Source: Octopus vulgaris (taxonomy: Eukaryota). From it: a stretch of 64,000 bases of DNA. Shown here piece by piece: positions 15,329 through 28,822 of this stretch; positions within the stretch are counted from its first letter, which is position 1; each line of letters opens with the position of its first letter. The notes under the pieces are model-generated. The model ran no database searches and was not told the origin of the DNA. It was given only the letters and a program-made list of their open reading frames with translations. Made by a program: the position numbers and the translations under genes. The DNA lies in NCBI GenBank assembly GCA_951406725.2, contig OX597837.1:9858001-9922000 (forward strand), given 5' to 3'.

Positions 15329-15693
15329 AGGGCGAGTTTCCACGCTGATTCCGTCAACGAAATTCACTCACACGACATTGGTCGCCCAGGGTTTTAATAG
15401 AAAACACTTACTAACAGTACCACTAAAACAATTAGTGAGAATACCAGTCAGTGGGACCGAACCTGAGACCACATCTTTGCAAAGCGACCCGCTTAACCAC
15501 ACGGCCATTCCTGCACAATGAAATTGAATACCTCCTCCCCTGTCGATGTCGATAAATGGAATATTGGACTCGTTCAATCACCAGAACCAAAATATTTATT
15601 AAATTAATGATGTGGGTGTGTATTGGACGGGCAAGTGTACTCTTAACGTAAACGTGCAGACGGAATTACGATTATACAGTGTGGCTGAGAAAT

Positions 15694-15700
15694 GTGTTTA

Positions 15701-15735
<35 letters not shown>

Positions 15736-16550
15736 ATGTGTATGTGTGTGTCAATATGTGTGTGTTCTTGTGTGTGTGTGTGTGTGTTTATGTGTGTGTG
15801 AGCGAATGCATTTATGTGTATGTGTGTCAATATGTGTGTATTAGTGTGTGTGTTTTTGTGTGTGTGTTCTTGTGTGTGTGTTCTTGTGTGTGTGTGTGTG
15901 AGCGCATGCATTTATGTGTATGTGTGTCAATAGGTGTGTGTTAGTGTGTGTGTTTTTTTGTGTGTGTCCTTGTGTGTGTGTGCGCATTCATTTATGTGTA
16001 TGTGTGTCAATATGTGTGTGTGTGTGTGTGTGTTCTTGTGTGTGTGTGTGTGTGTTCTTGTGTGTGTGTGTTTATGTGTGTGTGTGAGGATGCATTTATG
16101 TGTATGTGTGTCAATAGGTGTGTGTTAGTGTGTGTGTTTTTGTGTGTGTGTTTTTGTGTGTGTGTTTTTGTGTGTGTGTTCTTGTGTGTGTGTTCTTGTG
16201 TGTGTGTTCTTGTGTGTGTGTGTGATTTTGTGTGTGTGTCTGCGTTTGTGTATTTGTCTGTGGGTATGTGCGTATGTGTGTGTGTCTGTATGTTTGTGTT
16301 TGTGTATGTCTGTATGTATGCATGTGTCTGTGAGCGCGTGTGTTTATGTCGGGGGTGTATGTGAGTGTGTGTCTGTGTGAGTGTGTGAGTTAGTGTGGGT
16401 GTTTGTGTGTGCGTGTGCGTGTGTATGTGTTTGTTTGTTTGTGCGTGTGCGTGTGTATGTGTTTGTTTGTTTGTGTGTGTGCTTGTGTATGTGTGTGTGT
16501 TTGTGTCTCTGAGCGCATGTGTTTATTTGTGTGTGCTCGTATGTGCGTGA
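15694..16550. repeat. GT-rich array with higher-order unit GCATTTATGTGTATGTGTGTCAAT
   Basis: Unit recurs about 5 times between 15730 and 16115. Confidence 0.85.
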
Positions 16551-16574
16551 TTGGGTTTTTCTCGGTGACCGATA

Positions 16575-17405
16575 CTCTTTCTCTCTTTCTCCCTTGCTCT
16601 TTCTCTCTCTCCCTTTCTCTCCTGCATTGTCGCTTTCACTTTTTCTCTCATCCTTTCTGTCTTTTTCTTTCTTTTCCTCTCTCTTTCTCCTTTTCTCTTT
16701 TTCCTCCTTTCATTCATTCTTTCTTTCTCTTTCTCTCTCATTCTCTCTCTTTTTCTATATTTCTTACTCTTTCTCTTTCACTCTCTTTCTCTCTGTCTTT
16801 CTGTTTTGTTCTTTTTCTCTGCCTCTCCCTCTCCCTCTCTGTCACTCTGTCTCTGTCACACACTCTCTCTCACTCCTCTCTCTCTCTCTCTCTCTCTTCA
16901 TGTCTGTAATTCTATCTTTCCCTCTCCCTATCTCTCTCCCTCTCTCTCTCTCACTCCTCTCTCTCTCTCTCTTCATGTCTGTAACTCTATCTGTCCTTCT
17001 CCCTATCTCTCTCCCTATCTCTCTCTCACTCCCCTCTCTCTCTCTCTCTCTCTCTCTCTTTAGTAATTTTATCTTTCCCTCTCCCTATCTCTCTCACTCT
17101 CTCTCTCTCACTCCTCTCTCTCTCTCTCTCTTCATGTCTGTAACTCTATCTGTCCTTCTCCCTATCTCTCTCCCTATCTCTCTCTCACTCCCCTCTCTCT
17201 CTCTCTCTCTCTCTTCAGTAATTCTATCTTTCCCTCTCCCTATCTCTCTCCCTCTCTCTCTCTCACTCCTCTCTCTCTCTCTCTTCATGTCTGTAAGTCT
17301 ATCTTTCCCTCTCCCTATCTCTCTCCCTCTCTCTCTCTCACTCCTCTCTCTCTCTCACTCCTCTCTCTCTCTCTCTTCATGTCTGTAAGTCTATCTTTCC
17401 CTCTC

Positions 17406-17439
<34 letters not shown>

Positions 17440-17660
17440 AGTAATTCTATCTTTCCCTCTCCCTATCTCTCTCTCTCTCTCTCACTCCTCTCTCTCTCTC
17501 TCTTCATGTCTGTAATTCTATCTTTCCCTCTCCCTATCTCTCTCCCTATCTCTCTCCCTATCTCTCTCCCTATCTCTCTCCCTCTCTCTACCTCCTCTTT
17601 TCCTCTCTTTCTCCCCCCTCTCCTCTCTCTCTCTCTCTCTCTCCCCTTCTCCCTTTCTCT
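16575..17660. repeat. CT-rich array with higher-order unit CTCTTCATGTCTGTAA.TCTATCTTTCCCTCTCCCTATC
   Basis: Unit recurs at least 6 times from 16895 to 17530. Confidence 0.85.
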
Positions 17661-17789
17661 AACACTGAACGAATGACCACTATACGATTCCATCGCTCTG
17701 CAACCAATTCCAGGCCGACCCGTGTGACGACACTTCCATGTCTACAGAGTTTATTTCGAACCCGCAATATTCTTCTATGGCATTACTCC

Positions 17790-18178
17790 CTTTTACTCTT
17801 TTTCTTCTTTCAGTCATTTCACTGCGGCCATCGCCTTTAGTCGAGCAAATCGACCCCGAGGATTTATTCTTTGTAAGCCCAGTACTTATTCTATCGATCC
17901 ATTTTGCCGAACCGCTAAGTTACGAGGCCTTAAACACACCAGCATCGGTTGGGGGGACAAACACAGACACACAAACATATACATACATATATATATATAC
18001 ATATGCATATATACGACGGGCTTCTTTCAGTTTCCATCCACTAAATCCACTCACAAGTCTTTGGTCGGCCCGGGGGCTATAGTGGAAGACACTTGCCCAA
18101 GATGCCACGCAGTTGGACTTAACTCGGAACCATATGGCTGGTAAGCAAGCTACTTACCACACAGCCACTCCTGCGCCT
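17790..18178 (-). mobile_element. SINE family A
   Basis: Ends CCACACAGCCACTCCTGCGCC, the reverse head. Confidence 0.85.
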
Positions 18179-18216
18179 ATATATATAATAGAAGCTCCTT
18201 CTATAAAATAAAAATA

Positions 18217-18288
<72 letters not shown>

Positions 18289-18380
18289 TGTATGTATACA
18301 CATATATATATATATATAAATGCATATACATTTGTACATATATAGACGTATATATAAAAATATATGCATATATACATCTA

Positions 18381-18421
<41 letters not shown>

Positions 18422-18458
18422 GATAAATATATATATATACATATATAAACACAAATAT

Positions 18459-18508
<50 letters not shown>

Positions 18509-18718
18509 GTGTGTGCGTGCGTGTACATTATTCGGTTGAAGGCCATGTCATCATTCTGAACTTTCTGCGAATGTAACCGCTTTTGCAGACGACAGCTGTT
18601 CTGGCAGACATGAATGCGTGCACATGTGGGGACACGTTTATAATATGAATGTAGGATATTATTTCAAGCTGGTAGCATTTCAGACTAGGCTGCGTCATTC
18701 AAGTTAGCTTGGCAATCC

Positions 18719-18776
<58 letters not shown>

Positions 18777-18777
<1 letters not shown>

Positions 18778-18993
18778 TTTATTTTAAGCAGCAGAAAATT
18801 CAACAAAATCTGTTACTCTGAGTTTCTCGTTGCCGTTCATCAGACAGTTAAAACTGTCTGATGAACGGCAACGAGAAACTCAGAGTAACAGATTTTGTTG
18901 AATTTTCTGCTGCTTAAAATAAAGCATATTACTCTACCCCTGGTATTTGAGTACTTTTTTTCCACCTTGTTTCACATTTATGTGTTTACTCCG

Positions 18994-18996
<3 letters not shown>
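18777..18996. mobile_element. Inverted Penelope-type terminal repeat: 73-bp-arm palindrome plus tail, in (TA)n
   Basis: 18777-18849 is the reverse complement of 18852-18924 (2-nt spacer). (TA)n on both sides; contains an HHR. Confidence 0.8.
18854..18891 (+). ncRNA. Minimal type I hammerhead ribozyme (mirror copy on minus, 18810-18847)
   Basis: CTGT-CTGATGA-ACGGCAACGA-GAAA-CTCAGAG-TA-ACAG: stem I CTGT/ACAG, CG-GCAA-CG stem II, palindromic stem III, GTA triplet. Confidence 0.7.
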
Positions 18997-19057
<61 letters not shown>

Positions 19058-19165
19058 ATCCGGTTCTTGACTGAAGACTGAGGGTTTCGAATGTCCTGTC
19101 CGTGTTTATTGTATCGTCTTCTAAGAGTTATACGTTCTTGTCCATGTTGTATTTTTCTACATACC

Positions 19166-19226
<61 letters not shown>

Positions 19227-19361
19227 CAGTTTAAGGATTAATAGATATGTGGGTATTCTATTTCTGATTATGCACACATATATACGCATATATTTACATA
19301 TAGACATACACATATACATAAATGCATATATTAATATTGAGTTATCTATATATATATATTT

Positions 19362-19473
<112 letters not shown>

Positions 19474-19840
19474 ATACGTTGGACTTCTTCCAGTTTCCAT
19501 ATGGTTGGTAAGCAAGTTACTTAACACACAGCCACTCCAGCGCCTATATAAATATAAATATATATATATTTATATACATTCATACGTACATACATACACA
19601 TATATGTATATATGTATGTATGTATATATGTAAGTGCGTGGGGGTATATATATATGTATGCGTGTGTGTGTGTGTGTGTGTGTGGACTGCCAGAATCTCT
19701 ACAGATTTAAATCCCTTGCTGTGTTTCCACCGGATTTCTCTGTACTGAGTCGAGATATTCCACTTGATCAACTTTGCCATTCATTCTTTCGTGGGTAACT
19801 TAATAGTAAGTCGAAAGATCCAAGAATTGCTAACAAAACA

Positions 19841-19977
19841 CAGGAGTAGCTGTGTGGTAAGTAGCTTGATCCGGGTTCAGTCGCACTGCGTGGCACCTTG
19901 GACAAGTGTCTTCTACTATAGCCTCGGGCCGACCAAAGCCTTGTGAGTGGATTTGGTAGACGGAAACTGAAAGCCGG

Positions 19978-20029
<52 letters not shown>

Positions 20030-20245
20030 GCGTGTATGTTTGTGTGTCTGTGTTTGTCCCCCTAGCATTGCTTGACATCCAATGCTGGTGTGTTTATGTC
20101 CCCGTCACTTAGCGGTTCGGCAAAAGAGACCGATAGAATAAGTACTGAGCTTACAAAGAATAAGTCCCAGGGTCGATCTGCTCGACTAAAGGCGGTGCTC
20201 CAGCATGGCCGCAGTCAAATGAAATAAACAAGTAAAAGAGTAAAA
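19841..20245 (+). mobile_element. SINE family A
   Basis: Family head, internal TA/TG tract, tail CAAGTAAAAGAG. Confidence 0.85.
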
Positions 20246-20258
20246 CAGTATGCTTTGC

Positions 20259-20670
20259 TGTAACCCACCAAAGTCCATCCCCTCCTCACCGGGGTGGGGA
20301 CGCTGGCAACGGGTAGTGTGAGAGCTATGCCGTTGGGAACTTCGGTTCCTGGTCGGGCCACCCAAGGCAGATTGGTCTGACACCGAGTGGTATTAGGGCC
20401 ACAACCCGGCAGACGGGGCTCTGGTGAAAATCCTCGGAGTGTCTGTCTCGGCAACCGGCGGCTCCTCGGTCGTTCTGTCCCTGCGTCTGCGGACAATCTG
20501 CGGCAAACAGGATGTCTCTACATGCGGGATTGTTGGGGACAACTTGTGAAATTCATATTCCCCACGAAACTTCTTCCACTGCCGTGGTTCGAGATGCCTC
20601 GAGGGTGGTAGAAGAAGCCGACTCAACCCGCCCAGGGTGAATGTAGCCACAAGTACAAATAAGTAAGTAA
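20259..20670 (+). mobile_element. Short RTE-related non-autonomous element (RTE-like 5' UTR, TAAG tail)
   Basis: GAGAGCTATGCCG...GGGCCACCCAAGGCAGATTGGTC resembles BovB/RTE 5' sequence (GAGCCATGCC...GGGCCACCCAAGA) from memory; ends TAAGTAAGTAA. Confidence 0.5.
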
Positions 20671-20740
20671 CCTACCGAATCAGCATCTAAATTCCCACCC
20701 AACCATCCAGTCCCTGCTGACGTTATCAAATTATCAATTA

Positions 20741-21136
20741 CTAGCACTATCGCCCGGCGTTGCTCGGGTTTGTAAGGGAAATAACTATATAAGCATTTTT
20801 AGAGAGTTATAGCCAAAAGATAGCAAAAAAAATGCATTAAAAATGGAAAAAAAATTATGGTAATTTTTTTTAAATCGTTGACTCATCGTAGACATTTTTA
20901 GAGAGTTACTTCCTTATATAATAGCGAAAAAATGCATCAAAATGGAAAAAAATAATGGTAAATTATTTTTAAAATCGTAGACTCATCGTAGACGCACGCT
21001 AATACCCAGAAGGGCTCGATATGAATCACGACTATAAGATACCCGCTTTTGGTTAAACTGCACCGCAAAATGTGGGAGTAGTTAGGAATCTAAATCGTAG
21101 GAGACAGACACACAACCTTACTTTTATATATAAAGA
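20741..21136 (-). mobile_element. Non-autonomous Helitron
   Basis: Minus strand begins TCTTTATATATAAAA and ends CCCGAGCAACGCCGGG (hairpin)...CTAG. Inserted between A and T, no TSD; internal partial duplication. Confidence 0.85.
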
Positions 21137-21267
21137 TCAATCATTTAGCTCATCCTCAAAGTCCTTCTTTTTCCCTCTTCCATTTGCTTGTTCGACTGTG
21201 AAGATATTATTACTAAGACGGTTCTTGTTCTTAGAAAAAACAATTCAAACAGGCGAAATATATTTCT

Positions 21268-21658
21268 TAGCTTACCAATCACATGGTTCCGGGTTCAGTC
21301 CCACTGCGTGGCATTTTGGGCAAGTGTCTTCTGCTATAGCCTCGGGCCGACCAAAGCCTTGTGAGTGGATTTGGTAGATGGAAACTGAAAGAAGCCTGTC
21401 GTATATATGTATATATATATATATGTGTGTGTGTGTGTATATATGTTTGTGTGTCTGTGTTTGTCCCCCTAGCATTGCTTGACAACCGATGCTGGTGTGT
21501 TTACGTATCCGTCACTTAGCGGTTCGGCAAAAAGAGATTGATAGAATAAGTACTGGGCTTACAAAGAATAAGTTCTGGGGTCGATTTGCTCCACTAAAGA
21601 CGGTGCTCCAGCATGGCCGCAGTCAAATGACTGAAACAAGTAAAAGAGTAAAAGAGTA
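21268..21658 (+). mobile_element. SINE family A (5'-clipped)
   Basis: Family body and GTAAAAGA tail repeats. Confidence 0.85.
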
Positions 21659-22479
21659 ATGTGTCCTGGCATTCATTTCATCGGTTGTTTATAGTTCTTC
21701 TCTATGAGCGTGGCTTTATTTTCGTATCAGAGTTATTTCTGTTAATTTTAGCCAGTTTTTCTATATTTATGTCGCCACTGAGGCCTTACTCGTAAAGGTC
21801 ACTAACAGTTCTTAGATGAAATGCCAATATTTTATGCCTGGATCCGGTGCTTTTCTATATTGGTGATTTTCTCACAAAGTCTTAACCCATTTGTAGCCAT
21901 ATTTCTGTTGAAATATACTGCCTTTCCTTTTATTAAATAAATATTATCTTTCTTTTTCTATTTTGCATCTAGACTAAGCCCGTAAGATGCAAGTGGACCT
22001 AAAGGGCGGACTCGTCTTCCTGGAGGAGGCAGAGGTAACATCACTTCAATTAGACAGATTCCTCTATGCCCAAAACTGCATAGAATTAATCGAATAAGAA
22101 GTTAAAATCCAGTTCTGATATACTTTTCCAAGAAAAATATGGGTTCTACGAATGCAGTCGATGAAATGTGATGGATACGAGCAAAAACAAAGCAAATGTA
22201 AGTATTTATAAAAACTTCAGAACGTCAGTTCTTTAAGAAGAACGTGAGACTTGATCAGTATCGTATATGACAATTGGAATGGTTATTACAATTTTAGTTT
22301 GTTGCCCATTTAAGGGATTATTTGGGTTGCGGAACCTGATACGGTGTTTTGCAATTTGAACTTAAGTTCCTCAAATGCAACATCAGTGTAATGGTTGAGC
22401 GCTGAAAGGTAACCTAAAATAAAAAAAGCTTGACTTTTACACTAAATATATATGTGTATGTATATGCATATATGTATTA

Positions 22480-22562
<83 letters not shown>

Positions 22563-22564
22563 AT

Positions 22565-22785
22565 GTCCAGACGCCACGATAGATCGTTAGTATATATATG
22601 TACACATGTATATATATTTCCTACCTTGTTTTTTGTGTGTATCTTTCTGTAGAAGAGCGTAGGCTCGATATACGTAATATATATATTTTCTAATCCTGAG
22701 TATATATGTATATATATATATATACTAATACATCTGTTTGTTTGTACACCACCTGCCTATCGTCTTTTGTTTATTTTCGTAAATT
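22565..22785 (+). mobile_element. Penelope-type terminal repeat copy with damaged HHR
   Basis: CTTTCTGTAGAAGAGCGTAGGCTCGA and CCACCTGC..CGTCTTTTGTTTATTTTC match the 3' end of the GIY-YIG element at 51600-51876. Confidence 0.7.
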
Positions 22786-22795
22786 TATATATGTG

Positions 22796-22899
<104 letters not shown>

Positions 22900-23130
22900 G
22901 CATATATGGGTACAGGACGTCACCAACGGTAAACAACATGAAATACGAAAACAAATGACTTCCATACGCAAACAAGGAGAAAAACAGATGGAAAACAAGA
23001 CAAATAATACAAAGAACGACCCTTCATCAGTTGTCGGCTTTCAAGCATTGTGTGTATGTGTGTGTATACATACATGTGTGTATGTACATATATATGTATA
23101 ATATATATATACATATATAAAATAAATACG

Positions 23131-23372
23131 CCCTTTTAAAGCCTAGCCAGATTCATGGGCCCGGTTTCCCGGTTTCAATGGCGTATGTGTACCCCAGCTG
23201 GACGGGACGCCGGACCTTCGCAGCGTTACTCTTTTTGCCAGCTGGGTGGACTGCAGCAACGTGAAATGAAGTGTTTTGCTCCAAGAACACAACGCGTCGC
23301 GCGGTCCAGGAATCGAAACCACAAGCTTACGGTCATGATGCTGATACCCTAACCACTAAGCCACGCGCCTTC
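23131..23372 (-). mobile_element. tRNA-headed CORE-type SINE with Meta-like tail
   Basis: Reverse head GGCGCGTGGCTTAGTGGTTAGGGT, GGTTTCGATTCC; CORE-like GTGTTCTTGGAGCAAAACACTT; GGCGTCCCGTCCAG...GAAACCGGGAAACCGGGCCC tail. Confidence 0.75.
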
Positions 23373-23410
23373 TACTATATACATATATATATCATATTTA
23401 TATATACATG

Positions 23411-23447
<37 letters not shown>

Positions 23448-24353
23448 GTATTTACGAAAAATACGGTGTTATTTTAATTATGTACCTTATGATAATTTAC
23501 ATTCTTCATCGGGGTATAAATGTATGTATGATTGCATATACGAATTTATGAATATATGTGAGTGGATCTGTTTGTAAGCATGTATGTGTGTGTAAGTGTG
23601 GGCTAGTATCTCTTATGTTATGTTGTGATTTGACTGTGTATGTGCGTATGTGCGCACGTTTACAAGTGTGCGCGTGTGGATGTTTCTCAGCTAACCAACC
23701 GTAAAAAAAAACAATTGTAATTTAAATTTAAAAGTATAAGCCAATCAAATCCCGGCGTTCGTTTCATAACTATTTCGGAAATTAATAATATATTAGTGTC
23801 ACAATAGAAATTTTTTTTAATTCACATGCATCTGTGGAAATTAACACCATGTAAACTGATTGACTTGACTGCTTTTTGTATGTATGTGCAAATATTTAAT
23901 GCCTTGCATAATACTGTGGTATTATGTTGGTCCCTAGTTTTGCTACTATATTGCTAATTATGTGATGTATGTATTGTTTTATTAGTATTAATGTTATTAG
24001 AAATAAGAACAATGATATTGGTAGCATTAATGATATTGATAACAGTATTGATGTTAACATTAATGACTTTTTGTAAATTAGTATTAGGTAATACTGACTC
24101 TATATATCTGCATTGAAGTATGAATATGTCTATGTTCTCTTTGTTGTAATATCTTAATATTAAGTTGAAAAACATTGAATATGGAACATATATATATATT
24201 TTATTGATTTATATTATTTGTATTATTATGTATATGTATATGTGTATGTATAAGAGTATGAGTATATGCACTCATATATATATGTAAATGATTTATTATG
24301 GGTATGTACCCACACTTATATGAGTATATATGTAATTTGGTTTATACTTTAGA

Positions 24354-24480
24354 ATCTCCGAAGAGGCCTTAAGATATCTTTGTAAGTGTCTCAATTTTAA
24401 CTTCATATTGGCATACTATACATGGCTAATATAGGTAAAATGGGACATATTTATCTGCATGGCCGAAACAGCTGTAAGAT
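24354..24480 (+). ncRNA. Type I hammerhead-like motif, CCGAAGA core, 92-nt stem II loop
   Basis: ATCT-CCGAAGA-GGCC-(92 nt)-GGCC-GAAA-CAGCTG-TA-AGAT. Confidence 0.6.
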
Positions 24481-24702
24481 ATAGTGTATATTTATATTTA
24501 TATCTATTTATATTTATTTATTTATACCCTCTTATAATGATTGTACTTTTTGTATTGTATTACTCATTCATGTACGCTGTTTTGTTATATATTTTTATGT
24601 TTAACCCTAATGTTCTTATGTAGTGGTTTAATAAAATATATGATTGGGTATTATCTGGTAGTTGATAAATGATTTAGATGTATTTCTCCATTTTCTTATT
24701 TT

Positions 24703-24703
24703 G

Positions 24704-24749
<46 letters not shown>

Positions 24750-24788
24750 TGTATGTATGTGTATATATATATATATATGTATGTATGT

Positions 24789-24820
<32 letters not shown>

Positions 24821-25238
24821 ATATATATATATATGTATGTATGTGTATATATATATATATATATGTATGATATATATATATATATGTATGTATGTGTATA
24901 TATATATATGTATGTATGTATGTATGTATATATATATATATGTATGTATGTATGTATGTGTATATATATATATGTATGTATGTATGTATATATATATATG
25001 TGTATGTGTATATATATATATGTATGCATGTATGTATATATATATATGTATGTATGTATGTATGAATATATATATATATGTATGTATATATATATGTATG
25101 TATGTATATATATATGTATGTATGTATATATATATATGTATGTATATATATATATATATGTATGTATATATATATACGTATGTATATGAATGTAGGCATA
25201 TATATATGAGTGTATGTGTGTGTATATATATATGTATG

Positions 25239-25269
<31 letters not shown>

Positions 25270-25442
25270 GTGTGTGTATATATATATGTATGTATATATA
25301 TATGTATGTATGTATATATGTATGTATGTATATATATATATATGTATGTATGAGTATATATGTATATATGAGTGTATGTGTGTATATATCTATATCTATA
25401 TATTTCTCTCTCTTACACTTTCTCTCTATCTTTCACTGTATG

Positions 25443-25477
<35 letters not shown>

Positions 25478-25636
25478 GTATGTATGTGTATGTATATATG
25501 TATGTATGTGTATGTATATATATATGTATGTATGTATATATATATATATGTATGTATATATATATATATATGTATGTATATATATATATATATGTGTGTG
25601 TGTATATATATGTATGTATGTATATATGTATGTATG

Positions 25637-25667
<31 letters not shown>

Positions 25668-25718
25668 GTATGTATATATATATGTATGTATATATATATG
25701 TATGTATATATATATATG

Positions 25719-25765
<47 letters not shown>
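24703..25765. repeat. (TA)n/(TATG)n array
   Basis: Direct reading. Confidence 0.95.
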
Positions 25766-25767
<2 letters not shown>

Positions 25768-26253
25768 AAGCACAGTTTAGCTGACTATACCCCGGGTACC
25801 ACTGCACCAAAGGTAAAGCGTGACTATGCAATTCACCATTACACCAACCCATAAAAGAAAAAAATAAATAAACAGTTAAAACAAGTAAACAAACAAATAA
25901 TAATGTATTTATTTATTTATTTTTCTTTTTGAGTGAAACTTGTTTTGTTTATATATTTTGGGAAACGTAGATAAACATTAAAAAAAAAAAAAATACCCAC
26001 AATTTGTTGCTAAGCAACGAAAGAATTTCACGTCCCGAGTAGATAAAACAAAACTATACAGTAAAACTTGTGCTTGGAATAGTGAAAACGATATTACACA
26101 CACACACATGTATGGCTGGGTGTATATATGTACAGGTGTGTGTGTGTGTGTATGTGTGTGTGTGTGTGTGTGTGTGTATAATAAATTTGTATCCAATTAT
26201 ACATGTACATGTTTTCCTACATAGACAGAAATACAAATACAGACACATATGTC

Positions 26254-26294
<41 letters not shown>

Positions 26295-26304
26295 GTTTAC
26301 ATCA

Positions 26305-26314
26305 ATCTATTTAT

Positions 26315-26371
<57 letters not shown>

Positions 26372-26460
26372 ATCTATCCAGCAATCTATCTATCTATCTA
26401 GCAATATATCTATCTATTTACCTATCTATCTACCTACCTATGTATCTAGCTAACTATCTG

Positions 26461-26500
<40 letters not shown>

Positions 26501-26588
26501 CCTACCTACCTACCTACCTACTTACCTACCTACCTACCTACCTACCTACCTACCTACCTATCTATCTTTCTATCTATCTATCTATCTA
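26305..26588. repeat. (TATC)n/(TACC)n array
   Basis: Direct reading. Confidence 0.9.
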
Positions 26589-26885
26589 CGTTGTGTGTGT
26601 TTATTGATCGAAAACACCTAAAGCTCCACGAGGCTCCGGCCGGGGCTGGTGGCGACCCCTGTTGTACTCTTTCGCTACAACTTTCTCTCACTCTTTCTTC
26701 CTGTTTCTTGTCCCCGACATCCTACGCAACTGCTGAGCCTGGATGCGCATTCATCCATCCATCGATGCTCTCGGTGTCGGGGGTTGACCTGCTTTCTCTT
26801 CTGCGGGGTCTTATGAATTGCAAAGGACCACCGTTTCGGACTTCTCCCATCTTGCGAGCTCTGGGACGAAGACCGTTCCTCTCAA
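26589..26885 (+). mobile_element. SINE family C' (5'-truncated), ends in (CAA)n
   Basis: Matches 58164-58445. Confidence 0.8.
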
Positions 26886-27051
26886 CAACAACAACAACAA
26901 TCATCGTCATCATCATCGTTATCATCGACACTACAACCACCACTAACAACAATAACAAGAACAGCAACAATAACAACACCAACAGCAATAACAGCGTCAG
27001 CAACATGGCAACTTGAGCGAGAAGGTGGCAACAACAACAACAGCAACAATA

Positions 27052-27462
27052 TATTTCTTTATTGCCCACAAGGGGCTAAACACAGAGGGAACAAACAAGG
27101 ACAGACAAAGGGATTAAGTCGATTACATCGACCCCAGTGCGTAACTGGTACTTAATTTATCGACCCCCGAAAGGATGAAAGGCAAAGTCGACCTCGGCGG
27201 AATTTGAACTCAGAACGTAATGGCAGACGAAATACCTATTTCTTTATTACCCACAAGAGGCTAAACATAGAAGGGACAAACAAGGACAGACAAAGGGATT
27301 AAGTCGATTATATCGACCCCAGTGCGTAACTGGTACTTGATTTAACGACCCCCGAAAGGATGAAGGGCAAAGTCAACCTCGGCGGAATTTGAACTCAGAA
27401 CGTAACGGCAGACGAAATACCGCAAAGCATTTCGTGCTAACGATTCTGCCAGCTCACCACCT
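27052..27462 (-). mobile_element. SINE family B tandem dimer
   Basis: Two bodies joined at GAAATAC|CTATTTC. Confidence 0.85.
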
Positions 27463-27539
27463 TAACAACAGCAACAATAGCATCAACAACAAAAGCAATA
27501 TCGTAATCTCCTGCCGTTAAGTTAGTCAGTTGCCACTTC

Positions 27540-27610
27540 ACCGCGCGCCCCGCCCACATACATCCGCCATATCTCGCTGTCTCTGCTGACAGTCCTGCCA
27601 CCTGGTGGTG
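27540..27610. promoter_or_regulatory. Candidate regulatory island: GC box, CCGCCAT and CTCF-like motif
   Basis: CCCCGCCCAC 27548-27557, CCGCCAT 27564-27570, CTGCCACCTGGTGG 27595-27608 (reverse CCACCAGGTGGCAG). Motif match only. Confidence 0.35.
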
Positions 27611-27718
27611 ATGATCTGTACAATAACAGTAAACATGGAAATGACTAACGAGGTCATACGGGAGGGGGGCACAACACATTTGCGTTACTCATACGGCTTG
27701 TTTATTTTGTGCGCGCAC

Positions 27719-27911
27719 GTATGTATGTATGCGTGTGTATGTATGTATGTATGTATGTGTGTACGTATGTATGTATGTATGTATGTATGTATGTGTGTAT
27801 GTATGTATGTGTGTATGTATGTATGCATGTGTGTATGTATGTGTGTATGCATGTATGTATGTGTGTGTGTATGTATGAATGCATGTATGTATGTATGTAT
27901 GTATGTATGTA

Positions 27912-27946
<35 letters not shown>

Positions 27947-27960
27947 GTGTGTATGTATGA

Positions 27961-27993
<33 letters not shown>

Positions 27994-27997
27994 TGTA

Positions 27998-28029
<32 letters not shown>

Positions 28030-28124
28030 CATGCATGCATGCATGTATGTATGTATGTATGTATGTATGTATGTATGTATGTATGTGTGTGTGTGTGTGT
28101 GTGTATGTATGAATGTATGTATGA

Positions 28125-28157
<33 letters not shown>

Positions 28158-28253
28158 TGTATGTGTGTGTGTGTGTATGCATGTATGTATGTATGTATGT
28201 ATGTATGTATGTATGCATGCATGCATGCATGTATGTATGTATGTATGTATGTA

Positions 28254-28288
<35 letters not shown>

Positions 28289-28432
28289 ATGTATGTATGT
28301 GTGTGTGTGTATGTATGTATGTATGTATGTATGTATGTGTGTGTGTGTATGTATGTATGTATGTATGTATGTATGTATGTGTGTGTGTGTATGTATGTAT
28401 GTATGTATGTATGCATGTACGTATGTGTGTAT
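27719..28432. repeat. (GTAT)n/(GT)n array
   Basis: Direct reading. Confidence 0.95.
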
Positions 28433-28822
28433 CTATGTCATTGTTCAGTTTATTTCACGATTTCTTGCCAAGAGAGAACGAACCGGTTTCTAACCTACAT
28501 CCAAGGTTTCTTCATTGGAATTTGAACATCAATAACAGGGTATTTCTGTTGGTGTATGTATGCATGTATGTATGTATGTGCTTTATGTATGTGTTCTCAT
28601 GTATGTAGTTACATATCTAGACCTGCTCATATATATTCAAATGATAAACTTCTGGAAAGTTTTACAGATTTTTACAGTTCCACCGATTGATTGGACCTAT
28701 AGTCTTAGAATTAGCTTTCTCCTTTCTGGTTTTGAGAAGCGTAATTTCTCAAGATTGGTATTTAGGCAGTGTGTTACATATCCCAGGGCCCCAATAATTA
28801 CTGGTATAAACCTGAACTTGTA
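28433..28822 (-). mobile_element. 3' end of RLE-type non-LTR retrotransposon embedded in (TACA)n
   Basis: Minus 28822-28637 reads YKFRFIPVIIGALGYVTHCLNTNLEKLRFSKPERRKLILRL*VQSIGGTVKICKTFQKFII*. PVIIGALG is typical of the RLE C-terminus; the UTR runs into CATA repeats. Confidence 0.7.

Noticed and set aside
23015-23045. CTGATGA/CTGAAGA motifs here, at ~19068, ~52236 and ~62373
   Set aside because: Could not build three stems and GAAA in the correct order.
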